Of a DNA stretch of 60,000 nt, positions 13,818 through 24,320 are shown one piece after another. Position 1 is the first letter of the stretch. Every line of letters begins with the position of its first letter. The position numbers and the translations under genes are program-made. Below the pieces are notes generated by a model. The model was not told the origin of the DNA and ran no database searches. It was given only the letters and a program-made list of their open reading frames with translations. This stretch comes from Felis catus (taxonomy: Eukaryota), in the NCBI RefSeq assembly GCF_018350175.1, contig NC_058368.1, positions 79,796,001 to 79,856,000 of the forward strand, in the 5' to 3' direction.

Positions 13818-14175
13818 GTGTGCCAGTTAGCTAGGCTGTCGTAACACAATACCACCCACAGTGGCTTAAACAACAGCAACTTACTTTCTCCCAGTTCTGG
13901 AGGCTGGAAGTCTAAGGCCAAGTTGCTGGTAGGGAGAACCGTTCTTGGCTCCAGACGGTGGCTGTCTCCTATACCTCCTCATGTGGTCTTCCCTCTGTGT
14001 GTGTGTGCTTTGAGAGGGAGCTCTGGTTTTTCTTCCTCTCTTTCAGGGGCCCCAGTCCTATCAGATCAGGGCTGTATCCTTATGACTTCATTTAATTACC
14101 TCCTTAAAGACCTGGCTCCAAATACAGTCACATTGGGCATTAGGACTTCAACATCTGGATTCCAGGGGGATGCTC
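13818..14175 (-). mobile_element. MaLR solo LTR (MLT1A/B-like)
   Basis: 'tg..agttagctaggctgtcgtaacacaataccac...ggcttaaacaacag..ttctggaggctggaagtc' through 'ccaaatacagtcacattggg..ttaggacttcaacat'. Confidence 0.88.
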
Positions 14176-15053
14176 ATAAGAGACGGCTGGGAGATTGCAG
14201 GTACTTCTAAATTCGAACAGTTGCCAGGTATCATCTTAAAGCACCCAGCACGTTCCTCACTCCTGGACGTCTGGTTCCTGGAGGAAAAGCTGGGTCTCCA
14301 GAGGGATGTTGAGAACAGCAAATCCTAGGGACATTTTCACACTCAGTGAAGGTAAACGGGAACTTAAAGGTGAGTCCCTGAGATCCCTCAACTTCCAGCA
14401 CCCCCTGCCTGTCTCCAAGCTCCACCCCCACCTCCTCCCCCCCCCTCCCCACCCGCCGAGAGCCAGACTGGAGAGGTGGTGTCAAGGCGTTGTTACACCT
14501 GTGCGTGTTCCATTGACAGAGTGTGCAAATATGATTTTAACCTCTCCCTTGCCCCACCCCCCCCCAAAACACAGCTAAGATTTGTGCTTAAGTTTTGTTT
14601 CCATACGACACCCAGGATCTGCAGCCATGTGTACCTGCTTCACCCATGACTTCCAGTTCTACAAGTCTCTTCCATTTGGACCTTCTTTTAGGGAATTAGG
14701 AGGGAGTAGAGGGTGAGTTAAGGGGCATCTCAAGTAATCTATTTTGGGTGAAAAGCAGATAAAATCAGATCAAATATCTGCCAAGTTTCAATGTTGGAAC
14801 TTAAGGGGCCCCCTCTGCTGCCTCACCACTGCCCCCACAACCAAGAACAAAGCTCTACTGTGACACTTTCTGTGTTGTTTTATACGTTTCTTTCCTTACC
14901 TGTGGCCGTCACAACTCTGTGAGCTTCTGTACAGCTAGAGTTGGCTCTTGGCTATTTTCCTGGCACCTTAAATGTCTCTACCACCTAAAATACTTCAGGC
15001 CATACTGTCGGCATACCACCAAAAATTTGCCAATTAGAATTAAGTAAATTCTT

Positions 15054-15250
15054 TTTAGATTCTTTTTCAATGTTTATTTATTTTGAGAGACAGACCATGT
15101 ACAGGGGAAAGGAGACACTGAATCCGAAGCAGGTTCCAAGCTCCAAGCTGTCAACACAGAGCCCAACGCGGGGCTCGGATTCACGAACCACGAGATCATG
15201 ACCTGAGCCGCAGCTGGATGCTTAACCGACTGAGCCACCCAGGCACCCAG
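15054..15250 (-). mobile_element. Can-SINE
   Basis: Antisense SINE body; 17-bp TSD GAATTAAGTAAATTCTT at 15037-15053 and 15251-15267. Confidence 0.96.
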
Positions 15251-15384
15251 GAATTAAGTAAATTCTTAGAGAGGAAACGTTAGCTTTCCTTTCATTGTGT
15301 TGGTCAAAAACTAGAAAACACCATCCAAGGAAGACTCTTTCCTAACTTGAGAGGATTATAGGATAGGTCCTAAAGTATCGTTGG

Positions 15385-15495
15385 TACAGTAAGCAGTTAT
15401 TAGCACCTACTTGTATGCAAGGCATTCTGCTAAACACTATGAGAGACACAAAAATATGAAAAGACCCCTGTTTCCAAAGCACTTAAAGAGAAAGA
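15385..15495 (-). mobile_element. L2 3' end relic
   Basis: 'ttattagcacctacttgtatgcaaggcattctgctaaacact..gagacacaaaaatatgaaaagac' is an antisense L2 terminus. Confidence 0.65.
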
Positions 15496-16389
15496 GAAGA
15501 GAGAATGTGTGCTCCACAGAAAACTTCAAAATCAGTATTTGGATGGAATACTCCCAACGCTTCTAAGCATGCATGACAGCCACCAGCCACTGTCCGCCAA
15601 CAGGTGGAACATGAATTAGCAAAAGTCAGATCAACTTCCCCCTTGTCATCCTTTTTTCCAAGTGGGAAACACTGAAACTCTAGCGTTGAAGATTCAATGG
15701 GAAAACTAGGACAGTCGGGCTTTAATGTGTGTAGGATTTGAACACTCGATGGGTCGTTACCAGTTTACTCCCCTGTGCCCTCTTCCCATGCTTCTGTTTC
15801 TCCTTAAGGATACTACACAGATTTTCATCCCATCAGCCACCCCTGCTCCACACAGCCCCACGGCCTCTGGGAAGGCTGACTCTTCCCCAGGTTCGAAAGT
15901 AACTAGGTCAGCACCTTTCCTTCTCTGGCCACAACGTCTGCTCATTTGATAGGCAGTCACTCAGGGTGACTATCAGGAGTGTCCTTTGGAGCAACACGAT
16001 GGAAGCCCCGCTCTGTCTGCAGGTTGTACTAAGTCCTTGCCAGAAAACAGGGGAACCACCTTTCAGGTGAAACACAACCTTAAAAGGCCGACTTTGTCCA
16101 GAATCTCAATGACATCATCTAGCTTCTCAGTCAACCAGTGCCAAACCTTCCCCTCTTCTCCGTTTTCAGCTTCCTGAAGTCAGAATAAGAGTCACCTCCA
16201 ACGCTTAACCAGCTGGATTTGGCTTCTCTGTTATTTGTACACCTAATGAGTCCTAACTGACATCTGTTTTATCGGAGGAAAGTCCCAAGAAATTCAAACC
16301 ATTTTATATAATTTCCTTGGAAGCCAAGTCTTTTGAAGGACAACAGTGTTGAGAAGCCTCCACTTGAGGGTTCCAGTCCAGTGACAAAT

Positions 16390-16600
16390 GGGAAGGACTT
16401 GACATCTGAAGAATTTGATGGCCTGGCACTTATGTTGGGAACCTTAATCTTGAGAAGTTGTTTATTCATTTTGAGCCTCAGATTCATCAGCTGCAAACTT
16501 GGGGTGTAACAGGAGGGTTCCACCCGACAATGGAGATGGTTGGCTTCAATGAAGTACAAGGTACAAGGTACCAAGCCAGGCTAATATTCGCTCAAGTGGA
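16390..16600 (+). mobile_element. MIR SINE relic
   Basis: 'cttgagaagttgtttattcattttgagcctcagattcatcagctgcaaacttgggg' is MIR-core-like. Confidence 0.55.
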
Positions 16601-18997
16601 ATAATGGAAGATAAAGCCAACTTATCCATTTACATAAAATTATTGGTATATTTGACAGATCATCAATAACTTTGAAAAACGTCCCATGTATGCTAAAGCT
16701 GTGGCTGTCAGTCCAAGTTCATATGTCACTCCTCAACACAGGGGCAAGACCTCCCAAAGAAACCACTTTCAGAAAGGTGGTTGAGCGGCCCCAGCCTCCA
16801 CGATTTCCCCTCTCTGTGTATTTTTTTAATCTCAAATAAATCAAAGACTATCATTCAAGGTTACAACTACATTTTTCAGTGTGACATCTAAGTAAGGCAG
16901 GAAGCAATGAAAACGTGGGATTGTCCTTTTATGGAGGTATGTTTCCACTTGGTAAACATTTTCAGACACGGAAGCCACGGAGTTCATGGAGAAGAATGTA
17001 GAAGACGTGAGTTGCTTCGACTGTTGTGTTTTCTATGTTCTTGGTATTCAATGTCTCTCGTTCTGAATGTTTGATCTTATTTAGTTGCTGATGCCAAATG
17101 TTTAACTCAGAAAGATAAGACTGAAGAAGAGTGAGGGCTGCTTTTCCCCCTACATGTGTGCATTTCTTTTTTGCTTCAAAGGGGTTTACAGCATATACAG
17201 AAAGAGGGGGGAATACACTCCCTGGTGTCCCAAGTAAGATTACACACAACTAAATCACAAAGACATTAAAGTAATAAATCTTCCTTTGTGTGGAAACCAA
17301 ACCAATCACACAGTTGAGATCCCAAGGGGAGGCAGGGTGGATGGAGGGGAAGAATGAAGGGAGAAAGGCAAGGTTTGATGGAGAACATTAATTTTTTTCC
17401 CTTCACAAAAAAAAAAAAGCCATAAACCTGCTGTTTCTCTATGGCTCATTCATTGCTGACCATTAAATTCTATTGCAAAAGTGTGTCCCTTGGGGGAATC
17501 TGCATCAAAACTAAAAATGCACGGCTATGATGATGCAAATTCAAAGTTTGAAAGATACAACTCCCAAAATGAGATCTCAAAATTATGGATGACAACCTTC
17601 CACAGAAGTGAAAATGAAATGACAGTCAGGAAGAATTTTAATTACTTCATGTACATTTTACGTCTTTTTTAAAAGATGCATGTCTGCTCTCAGATGTTGT
17701 CAGAGACAAAAGGCAAAGTTCTCCTTGTGGTAGAAACCTACCTATTTCATACCCTCGTCCTGAAAAAAGACAGAAAACAAATAAATTGAGGTAGAAACTT
17801 TCAATAATCAATTCTGTGAACCCCAAATAGAGCCATGGCAACAGTAGAATACAACTCACTACTTTAAGAGGCAACTGTCAGTGCTGGAATAAATGGCGAT
17901 TCTCTCGTTGGACACTTAAAGCATCTTCTGGCAAATCGAAGCAGTGTGGCCACAGGACTGTGAGCCCCTCGAAACCAAAACCCACCTACCGGGAGCTTTG
18001 CCAGACAGCAGCTTCTCATGGGATGCATCAGAGGGCACCCCCAACAGCAGGCTCAGTCGGAGAAAGCTGCCATCTGACCAAGTCACCAGTGTTCAGTATT
18101 TTTGGAAATGACTCCATTCTCCCTATTGTTAGCAAAGAGAAGTCCTAGACAACCCATCTCCAGGGTATTCACCTACCATCCATCATCGCAAAGGAATTTT
18201 GATGCTAAACAAAATAAAACACAAATACAAAGCCGATTTATTGCTCTCTCCAAGGACATTCTAAAGCCAAAAATATTCTCTTAACAATTATTGACTTTCT
18301 TTATTCTTTATTTTTATCCTTTATACACAGGTAAAGAGAAATTAGGTTTCTAAGTGCCATGTTGTATCAAAGAAAAGGGGGAGGCTTGTTTAGAACTTAA
18401 AGAAAAAGAGAGGAAAGGAACAATAAACAACTAGTGTCTGAGATCTTGCTGGTATTCCAGATTAAAAGATGAGACAGCCTTGTTTAATAACAGTGAGACA
18501 CTCTGGTTTTGCGAGTTCAAGTCAAATAATTTGACGTCGTTGCTTTGGGGATATTAATATTCACAACATGCCAAGAAATTTGATATGTGGTATCCCTTGA
18601 CTCCTTTTAAGGGAACAGATTTTTTTTTTGATATATATATATTCATCCACATGTAAGCTAGCTGTGTGTTTAAGGCCACAATAAATTAAACTCAGTGCTT
18701 TGATACATGAACCCCATTCATCTGAGGCTTCCAGGAATTGAATTTAAATCAAATATTGCATAAAAAGTGGCAGAATTCCACTTCAGACCCTTCTCTCATC
18801 AAGGTTTATTTTTATGAAATTGAGCACAAATATTTACTACGATTTATAAAGTTCAACAGATCTGGCATAGTCCAGGCCTCTGGATAAATGGTTTTGTTTA
18901 CCTCAGTTCCATTAGAAAATTTTGACTCTATTTAAGGGGTATTCATATTGGTAAATTAACTGCTTCATTTGTTAAGTTCCATTTAAAGTAAAATTTA

Positions 18998-19188
18998 CTG
19001 GTGGGGGAGAAGGGAAAATGGGTGATGGGCATTGGGGAGGGCACTTGTTGGGATGAGCACTGGGTGTTGCATGTAAGTGATGAACCACAGGAATCTACTC
19101 CCGAAGCCACGAGCACACTGTATATACTGTACATTAGCTAACTAGACAATAAATTATATTTTAAAAAATTAAAAAATAATAGGAATAT
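18998..19188 (+). mobile_element. 5'-truncated carnivore L1 (3' UTR only)
   Basis: 'ggtgatgggcattggggagggcacttgttgggatgagcactgggtgttgcatgtaagtgatgaaccac' with AATAAA and an A-rich tail; closely similar to the 3' end of the L1 at 21.6 kb. Confidence 0.92.
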
Positions 19189-19286
19189 AAGAAAGAAAGA
19201 AAGAAAGAAAGAAAGAAAAAGGAAGGAAGGAAGGAAGGAAGGAAGGAAGGAAGGAAGGAAGGAAGGAAGAAGGAAGGAAGGGAGAG

Positions 19287-19333
<47 letters not shown>

Positions 19334-19337
19334 AGAA
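19189..19337. repeat. Compound (GAAA)n(GGAA)n(GAAA)n polypurine microsatellite
   Basis: About 149 nt of pure purine, including (GGAA)12 at 19221-19268, directly after the L1 tail. Confidence 0.97.
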
Positions 19338-20000
19338 CTGTTTTCATCAGGTCTAGCACACTCAAAATTGTACTGATTTGAAAGATAAACATGTGCATTA
19401 CTCTACAGCATCCACTCAGTGGGACACAGGCAAGACAGAGGGACAGGAAGTTTACCAAATGCAAAAGCTCAGCATCCACAGAGCAATCCTTGACGAATGC
19501 CCAGGGCCCGTCCACCGAAGCAGGTGTTTCCAAGAGCACAGGAAGAGAGAAGAAGCGAGGAAGGCCACAACTCTGCACAGACAACCTGAGAGATGTAGCT
19601 TAGTTCTACAAGGTTGAGCAGTAGACAAAATGAATTTGCAGTTAATTTGGCCCAAGCAGTGCTGTGAATTTAGGTCACGCCAAACCAAGATGCTACCACT
19701 TTCTGATACTTCTGCTCACTGATCCACACATAGGAGATTCCATGGCTCCCCTGGAAAGTGAGGGCCTCCAACGGCTCTGACCACACACACTCTGTGCTTG
19801 GCCACTATCTCCTGGCCTTGTGTAGCTCCAGAGAAGTTCAGGCCCACAGACCACTCAGAAAATTGAGTGGAGATCATAATGTCTGGCTCAGAATGATCTG
19901 GGAAGTATTACATGAGAATTGTTATGTAAGGACACCTGAAATATCTATTTTGAGGCTTTTTCAAGCACTGACTTAGAAGGATGTTTCTAAATAATATGTA

Positions 20001-20226
20001 GGGGCGCCTGGGTGGCTCAGTCGGTTGGACATCCGACTTCAGCTCAGGTCATGATCGCACAGTTCATGAGTTTGAGCCCCACATCGGGCTCTGTGTTCAC
20101 AGCTCGGAGCCTGGAGCGTGCTTTGGATTCTGTGTCTCCCTCTCTCTCTGCCACTCCCTGCTTGCTCGCTCTCTCTCTCTCTCTCTCTCTGTCTCAAAAA
20201 TAAATAGACATTAAAAAAATTTTTTT
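20001..20226 (+). mobile_element. Can-SINE
   Basis: Head GGGGCGCCTGGGTGGCTCAGTCGGTT; TSD AATAATATGTA at 19990-20000 and 20227-20237. Confidence 0.96.
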
Positions 20227-20361
20227 AATAATATGTAAATAAAATTGGCAGGTGACCTCATAAATCGCATTTATCATCATGAGTACACTCAACTAAAGCA
20301 GGCTAAATCCCTAAACAGACAGACATAAAAAAATGTCCATAGTCTTATTTACAGGAAATAG

Positions 20362-21765
20362 TAATAGACTTAAAAATGTATGGCCAACTACCCTTTGGCA
20401 AAGCAAGAAAGAGTATCCAATGTAAAAAAGACAGTCTCTTTAACAAATTGTGCTGGGAGAACAGGACAGCAACATGCAGAAGAATGAAACTAGACCACTT
20501 TCTTACACCATTCACAAAAATAAACTCAAAATGGATAAAGGACCTGAATGTGAGAGAGGGAACCATCAAAATCCTAGGGGAGGAAACAGGCAACAACCTC
20601 TTTGACCTCAGCCACAGCAATTTCTTGTTCAACACATCTCCAAAGGCAAGAGAAATAAAAGCAAAAATGAACTATTGGGACCTCATCAAGATAAAAAGCT
20701 TCTGCATTGCAAAGGAAACAATCAACAAAACTAAAACAGAATGAGAGAAGATATTTGGAAATGACATATAAGATAAAGGGTTAGTATCCAAAATCTATAA
20801 AGAACTTACCAAACTCAACACCTGAAAAACAAATAATTCAGTGAAGAAATGGGCAGAAAACATGAATAGACACTTCCAAAGAAGACATCCAGATGGCCAA
20901 CAGACACATGAAAAGATGCTCAATGTCACTCATCATCAGGGAAATACAAATCAAAACCACACTGAGATACCACCTCACACTGGCCAGGGTGGCTAAAATT
21001 AACAACTCAGGAAACAACAGATGCTGGTGAGGATGTGGAGAAAAGGGAACCCTCACGCACTGTTGGTGGGAATGCAAATTGGTGCAGCCACTCTGGAAAA
21101 CAGTGTGAAGTTTCCTCCAAAATTTAAAAACAGAACTACCCTATGACCCAGCAATAGTGCTACAAGGTATTTACCCAAAAGACACAGGAGTGCTGATGCA
21201 CAGGGGCACATGTACCCCAATGTTTATAGCAGTGCTTTCAACAATAGCCAAAGTATGAAAAGAGCCCAAAGGTCCATCAACTGATGAATGAATAAAGAAG
21301 TGGTTTCTGTATACAATGGAATACTACTTGTCAATGAGAAATAATGAAATCCTGTCATCTGCAGCAACGTGGATGGAATTGGAAGGTATTAGCATAAGTC
21401 AGAGAAGGACAGATATCATGTTTTCACTCATATGTGGAACTTGAGAAACTTAACAGAAGACCATGGGGGAAGGGAAGGGGGACGATAGTTTCAAACAGAG
21501 AGGGAGGGAGGGAGGGAGGGAGGCAAACCATAAGAGACTCTTAAATACAGAGAACAAACTGAGGGTTGATGGGGGGCAGGGGAGAGGGGAGAATGGGTGA
21601 TGGGCATTGAGGAGGGCACTTGTTGGGATGAGCACTGGGTGTTGCATGGAGGCGATGAACCACGAGAATCTCCCCCAAAACCAAGAGCACACTTTACACA
21701 CTGTATGTTAGCCAATTTGACTATGAATTATACATAAAATAAGCACATAAAAAATAAATAATAAT
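20362..21765 (+). mobile_element. 5'-truncated felid/carnivore LINE-1: decayed ORF2 C-terminus plus 3' UTR
   Basis: ORF 20376-20744 reads 'YGQL..KDSLFNKLCWEN..MKLDHFLTPFTKINSKWIKDLNV..WDLIKIKSFC', typical of L1 ORF2. It continues with stops and frameshifts into the Cys-rich end, then the 3' UTR and A-rich tail. Confidence 0.97.
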
Positions 21766-22599
21766 GGAGTGGAGAATTTACTGAAGTGCCATGAGAAAAT
21801 CAAGTTTCTTCCCTGAAACATATTTGCCTTGAATAAGGAGGACCGTTTGGCAGGAAACAACCTGGTGTGATTGGAACAGGAAACCCAAATAGGTCACCTA
21901 GTAGAAATCAACATAACATTTCTCTCTCAACTAAAATAGCTCTAAATCCCTCCCTAGCACACATGCGTGTGCGTGCGTGCACAAACGCACACACGTATAC
22001 ACACTTCCTGGGGTTAAGTCTCTGCTACCATCTTGGCTCAAAAGTGAGTGCATTCGTTCCTGTCTAGACACAGGAGTCCTGATGACTCAGGGTAAGTGGA
22101 GGCTCTCCGTGGGCAAAGACATTGTACTGTATTTTAAATTAGGGAAATAACACCTCCATAATCAACCCCTAAATATGCTCCTTTCTTGAGTCACTGGGTG
22201 AGTCAAGTGCCATCTAAATTCTCAAGTGGAGTTAAAAAATAAGCTGGCCCACCTTCTGTTCCACAAAAGAACTGTAAGATTCCCCAAATAGAATAAGTAC
22301 AGCTAAGGGAACCACAGAGCTTCTGCAGCCTTGCAGCTGATTGCTAAGTTTGAGGGGAAAGAAGAAAAGCCAATCGTGTTCAAAATCTTGTTCCATTCTA
22401 GAGTCTCACAAGAAGTTGGATTTTTAAAAAAATGTCTAAGTCTACAGAAACAGTAACTTCATACACACACATACAAATGCTCATATACGTGAAGGCAAGC
22501 GTGTGTGCAGCTCCCATGACCTGTACCTGTCAGAAAAACTTTGGAAACATACGAAAGCCTCAGTGGGATGATACAGTGAGCAGTGCTGGGAATCAGAAT

Positions 22600-22797
22600 A
22601 TTTTTTTTAATGTTTATTTATTTTTGACAGAGACAGAGAGAGAGCATGAGCAGGGGAGGGGCCGAGAGAGAGGGAGACACAGAATCGGAAGCAGGCTCCG
22701 GGCTCCGAGCTGTCAGCACAGAGCCCGACGCGGGGCTCGAACTCATGAACCGTGAGCAGAAGTCAGACGTTTAACCAACTGAGCCCCCCCGGTGCCC
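22600..22797 (-). mobile_element. Can-SINE with a small internal deletion
   Basis: Antisense SINE; the 'atcatgacctgagc' segment is missing between 'gaaccgtgag' and 'agaagtcagacg'. Confidence 0.94.
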
Positions 22798-23866
22798 GAG
22801 ATTATTCCTTCATATTCTTGTTTATGGAAACACGGAAAGCCAGTGTTTCCAGGACATTCGTGTTCCTCTAGCTCGGTCTTACAGAGGCAAGGTGGTGGCT
22901 CCATCAAGACTCGGAAATCCGTGCAGAGAGGGGCTCAGCTGCGGCCCCCTGATCACGGCCTCTCTGCCCTCAGAGTCTGGGCCACCACGTCCAGTGCTGC
23001 TGTGTCCACACAGTGATGAGTAGCTTTTGCTGAAACACCTCCCTGAACCCACAGGACGAATCACAAATTGGGCACTTGCTTATCCCCTTCCCAAGTCCCA
23101 GAGAAAAGAACGGAGCCAAGCAGCCCCCCGCTCCCTGCCCCCAACACTGGGGCCCCTGCTCTGGATCCACAGAGCACCCACGGCTGCTCCCTTCCACCTC
23201 AATGGGGCCACAAGGTGGAGATGATGACGTCTGCCATCATTCCCAAGTCCCAGGGGGGAGAAACACATGATTTTAAACCCCTCCCGACCTGAGAAACTTT
23301 CAATCATCTGCCCTGAGCCTCCGCCTCCCCAACCAGGCCAATGAAGCTCCCCAGACTCTCTCGCTGAATGTGCTTCTGGGGTACTTGTGTCCTTCACGTC
23401 TGTCCCATGAAGAAAGGGAGGGTGATCATCAGGAACAGATCTCAGCAGGTCAGCTCAAAGGGGGAGCTAGTGTGCCTGAGCCTGTGGCGGCCCCAAGAAC
23501 CTGCAGTCTGGGCCGCTCGCCAGCCCCACTCGCTGCACAGACGCCCCCCTCTCCGTGCAGACAGGAGTGGGGACCTGCCCTGTTCCCCACACTGGCCCAT
23601 GGGAGACCACACTGGGCTGCTGGCCAGAGGGTGGGATCACCCTACAGCCTCAGTGTGAGCCGTCCTCCTTTTACAAGACAAGCGGCTTTCTCTTTTCTCC
23701 ACCTCGCTGTGATGGGGCGGGGTGGGGGGGGGAGGGTGTGGTTGGCAGCTCTGTGAGCCTCCCAAACACTGTGCTTGGGTCTGTTGACCCCTGAAGGGTC
23801 CCAATTTCAGTAGGAGACCAGCCTCTTGTCCCCCTGGCTCAGCTCCCTCAGAAACATTCTGGAATA

Positions 23867-24067
23867 GAGGTGCCCGGGTGGCTCAGTTGGTTGAGCATCT
23901 GACTCTTGATTTTGGCTCAGGTCATTATCTCAGGGTCGTGAGATCGAGCCCTGAGTTGGGCTCTGTGCTGAGTGTGGAGCCTGCTTGGGATTCTCTCTCC
24001 CTCTCTCTCTCTCTGCCCCTCCCCACCACTTACATGTTCTCTCTCTCTCTCTCTCTCTCTCAAAAAT
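23867..24067 (+). mobile_element. Can-SINE (older 'gactcttgat' type), tail truncated
   Basis: Head and CT tract present; stops at 'ctcaaaaat' with no poly(A) tail or TSD. Confidence 0.92.
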
Positions 24068-24117
24068 GACCTGAGCTGAAGTCAGACACTCAACGGACTG
24101 AGCCACCCAGGCGCCCC
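24066..24117 (-). mobile_element. Can-SINE 5' head fragment fused tail-to-tail with the previous SINE
   Basis: 'atgacctgagctgaagtcagacactcaacggactgagccacccaggcgcccc' is the reverse complement of a SINE 5' end. Confidence 0.92.
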
Positions 24118-24120
24118 ACA

Positions 24121-24320
24121 CACTTCCAGTTATAAAATTACTAAGTCACGGGGAACACAGTGACAGTGTCAATGACATTGACAGTGTCAATGTCACACTG
24201 GTGACAGGTGGTAGCTGCAGCTTACTGGACACAAATCTCGAGTCACTGTGTTGTGCCCCTGAAACTAACATAACATCGCATGTCAGCGATGAAGTGAAGA
24301 CAGTAATGAATAAATAACTT
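24121..24320 (+). mobile_element. Older L1 3' end (L1MA9/L1_Carn-like)
   Basis: 'cttccagttataaaatta.taagtcacgggga' and 'gttgtgcccctgaaactaacataacat..atgtca' are L1MA-type 3' UTR hallmarks. Confidence 0.7.

Noticed and set aside
20001..20080. tRNA genes suggested by A/B-box-like motifs in SINE heads (here and at the other SINEs)
   Set aside because: These are tRNA-derived Can-SINE heads followed by CT tracts, tails and TSDs, not tRNA genes.
20376..20744. Protein-like 122-aa ORF as a host gene
   Set aside because: It is a LINE-1 ORF2 fragment within a 5'-truncated, disrupted element.
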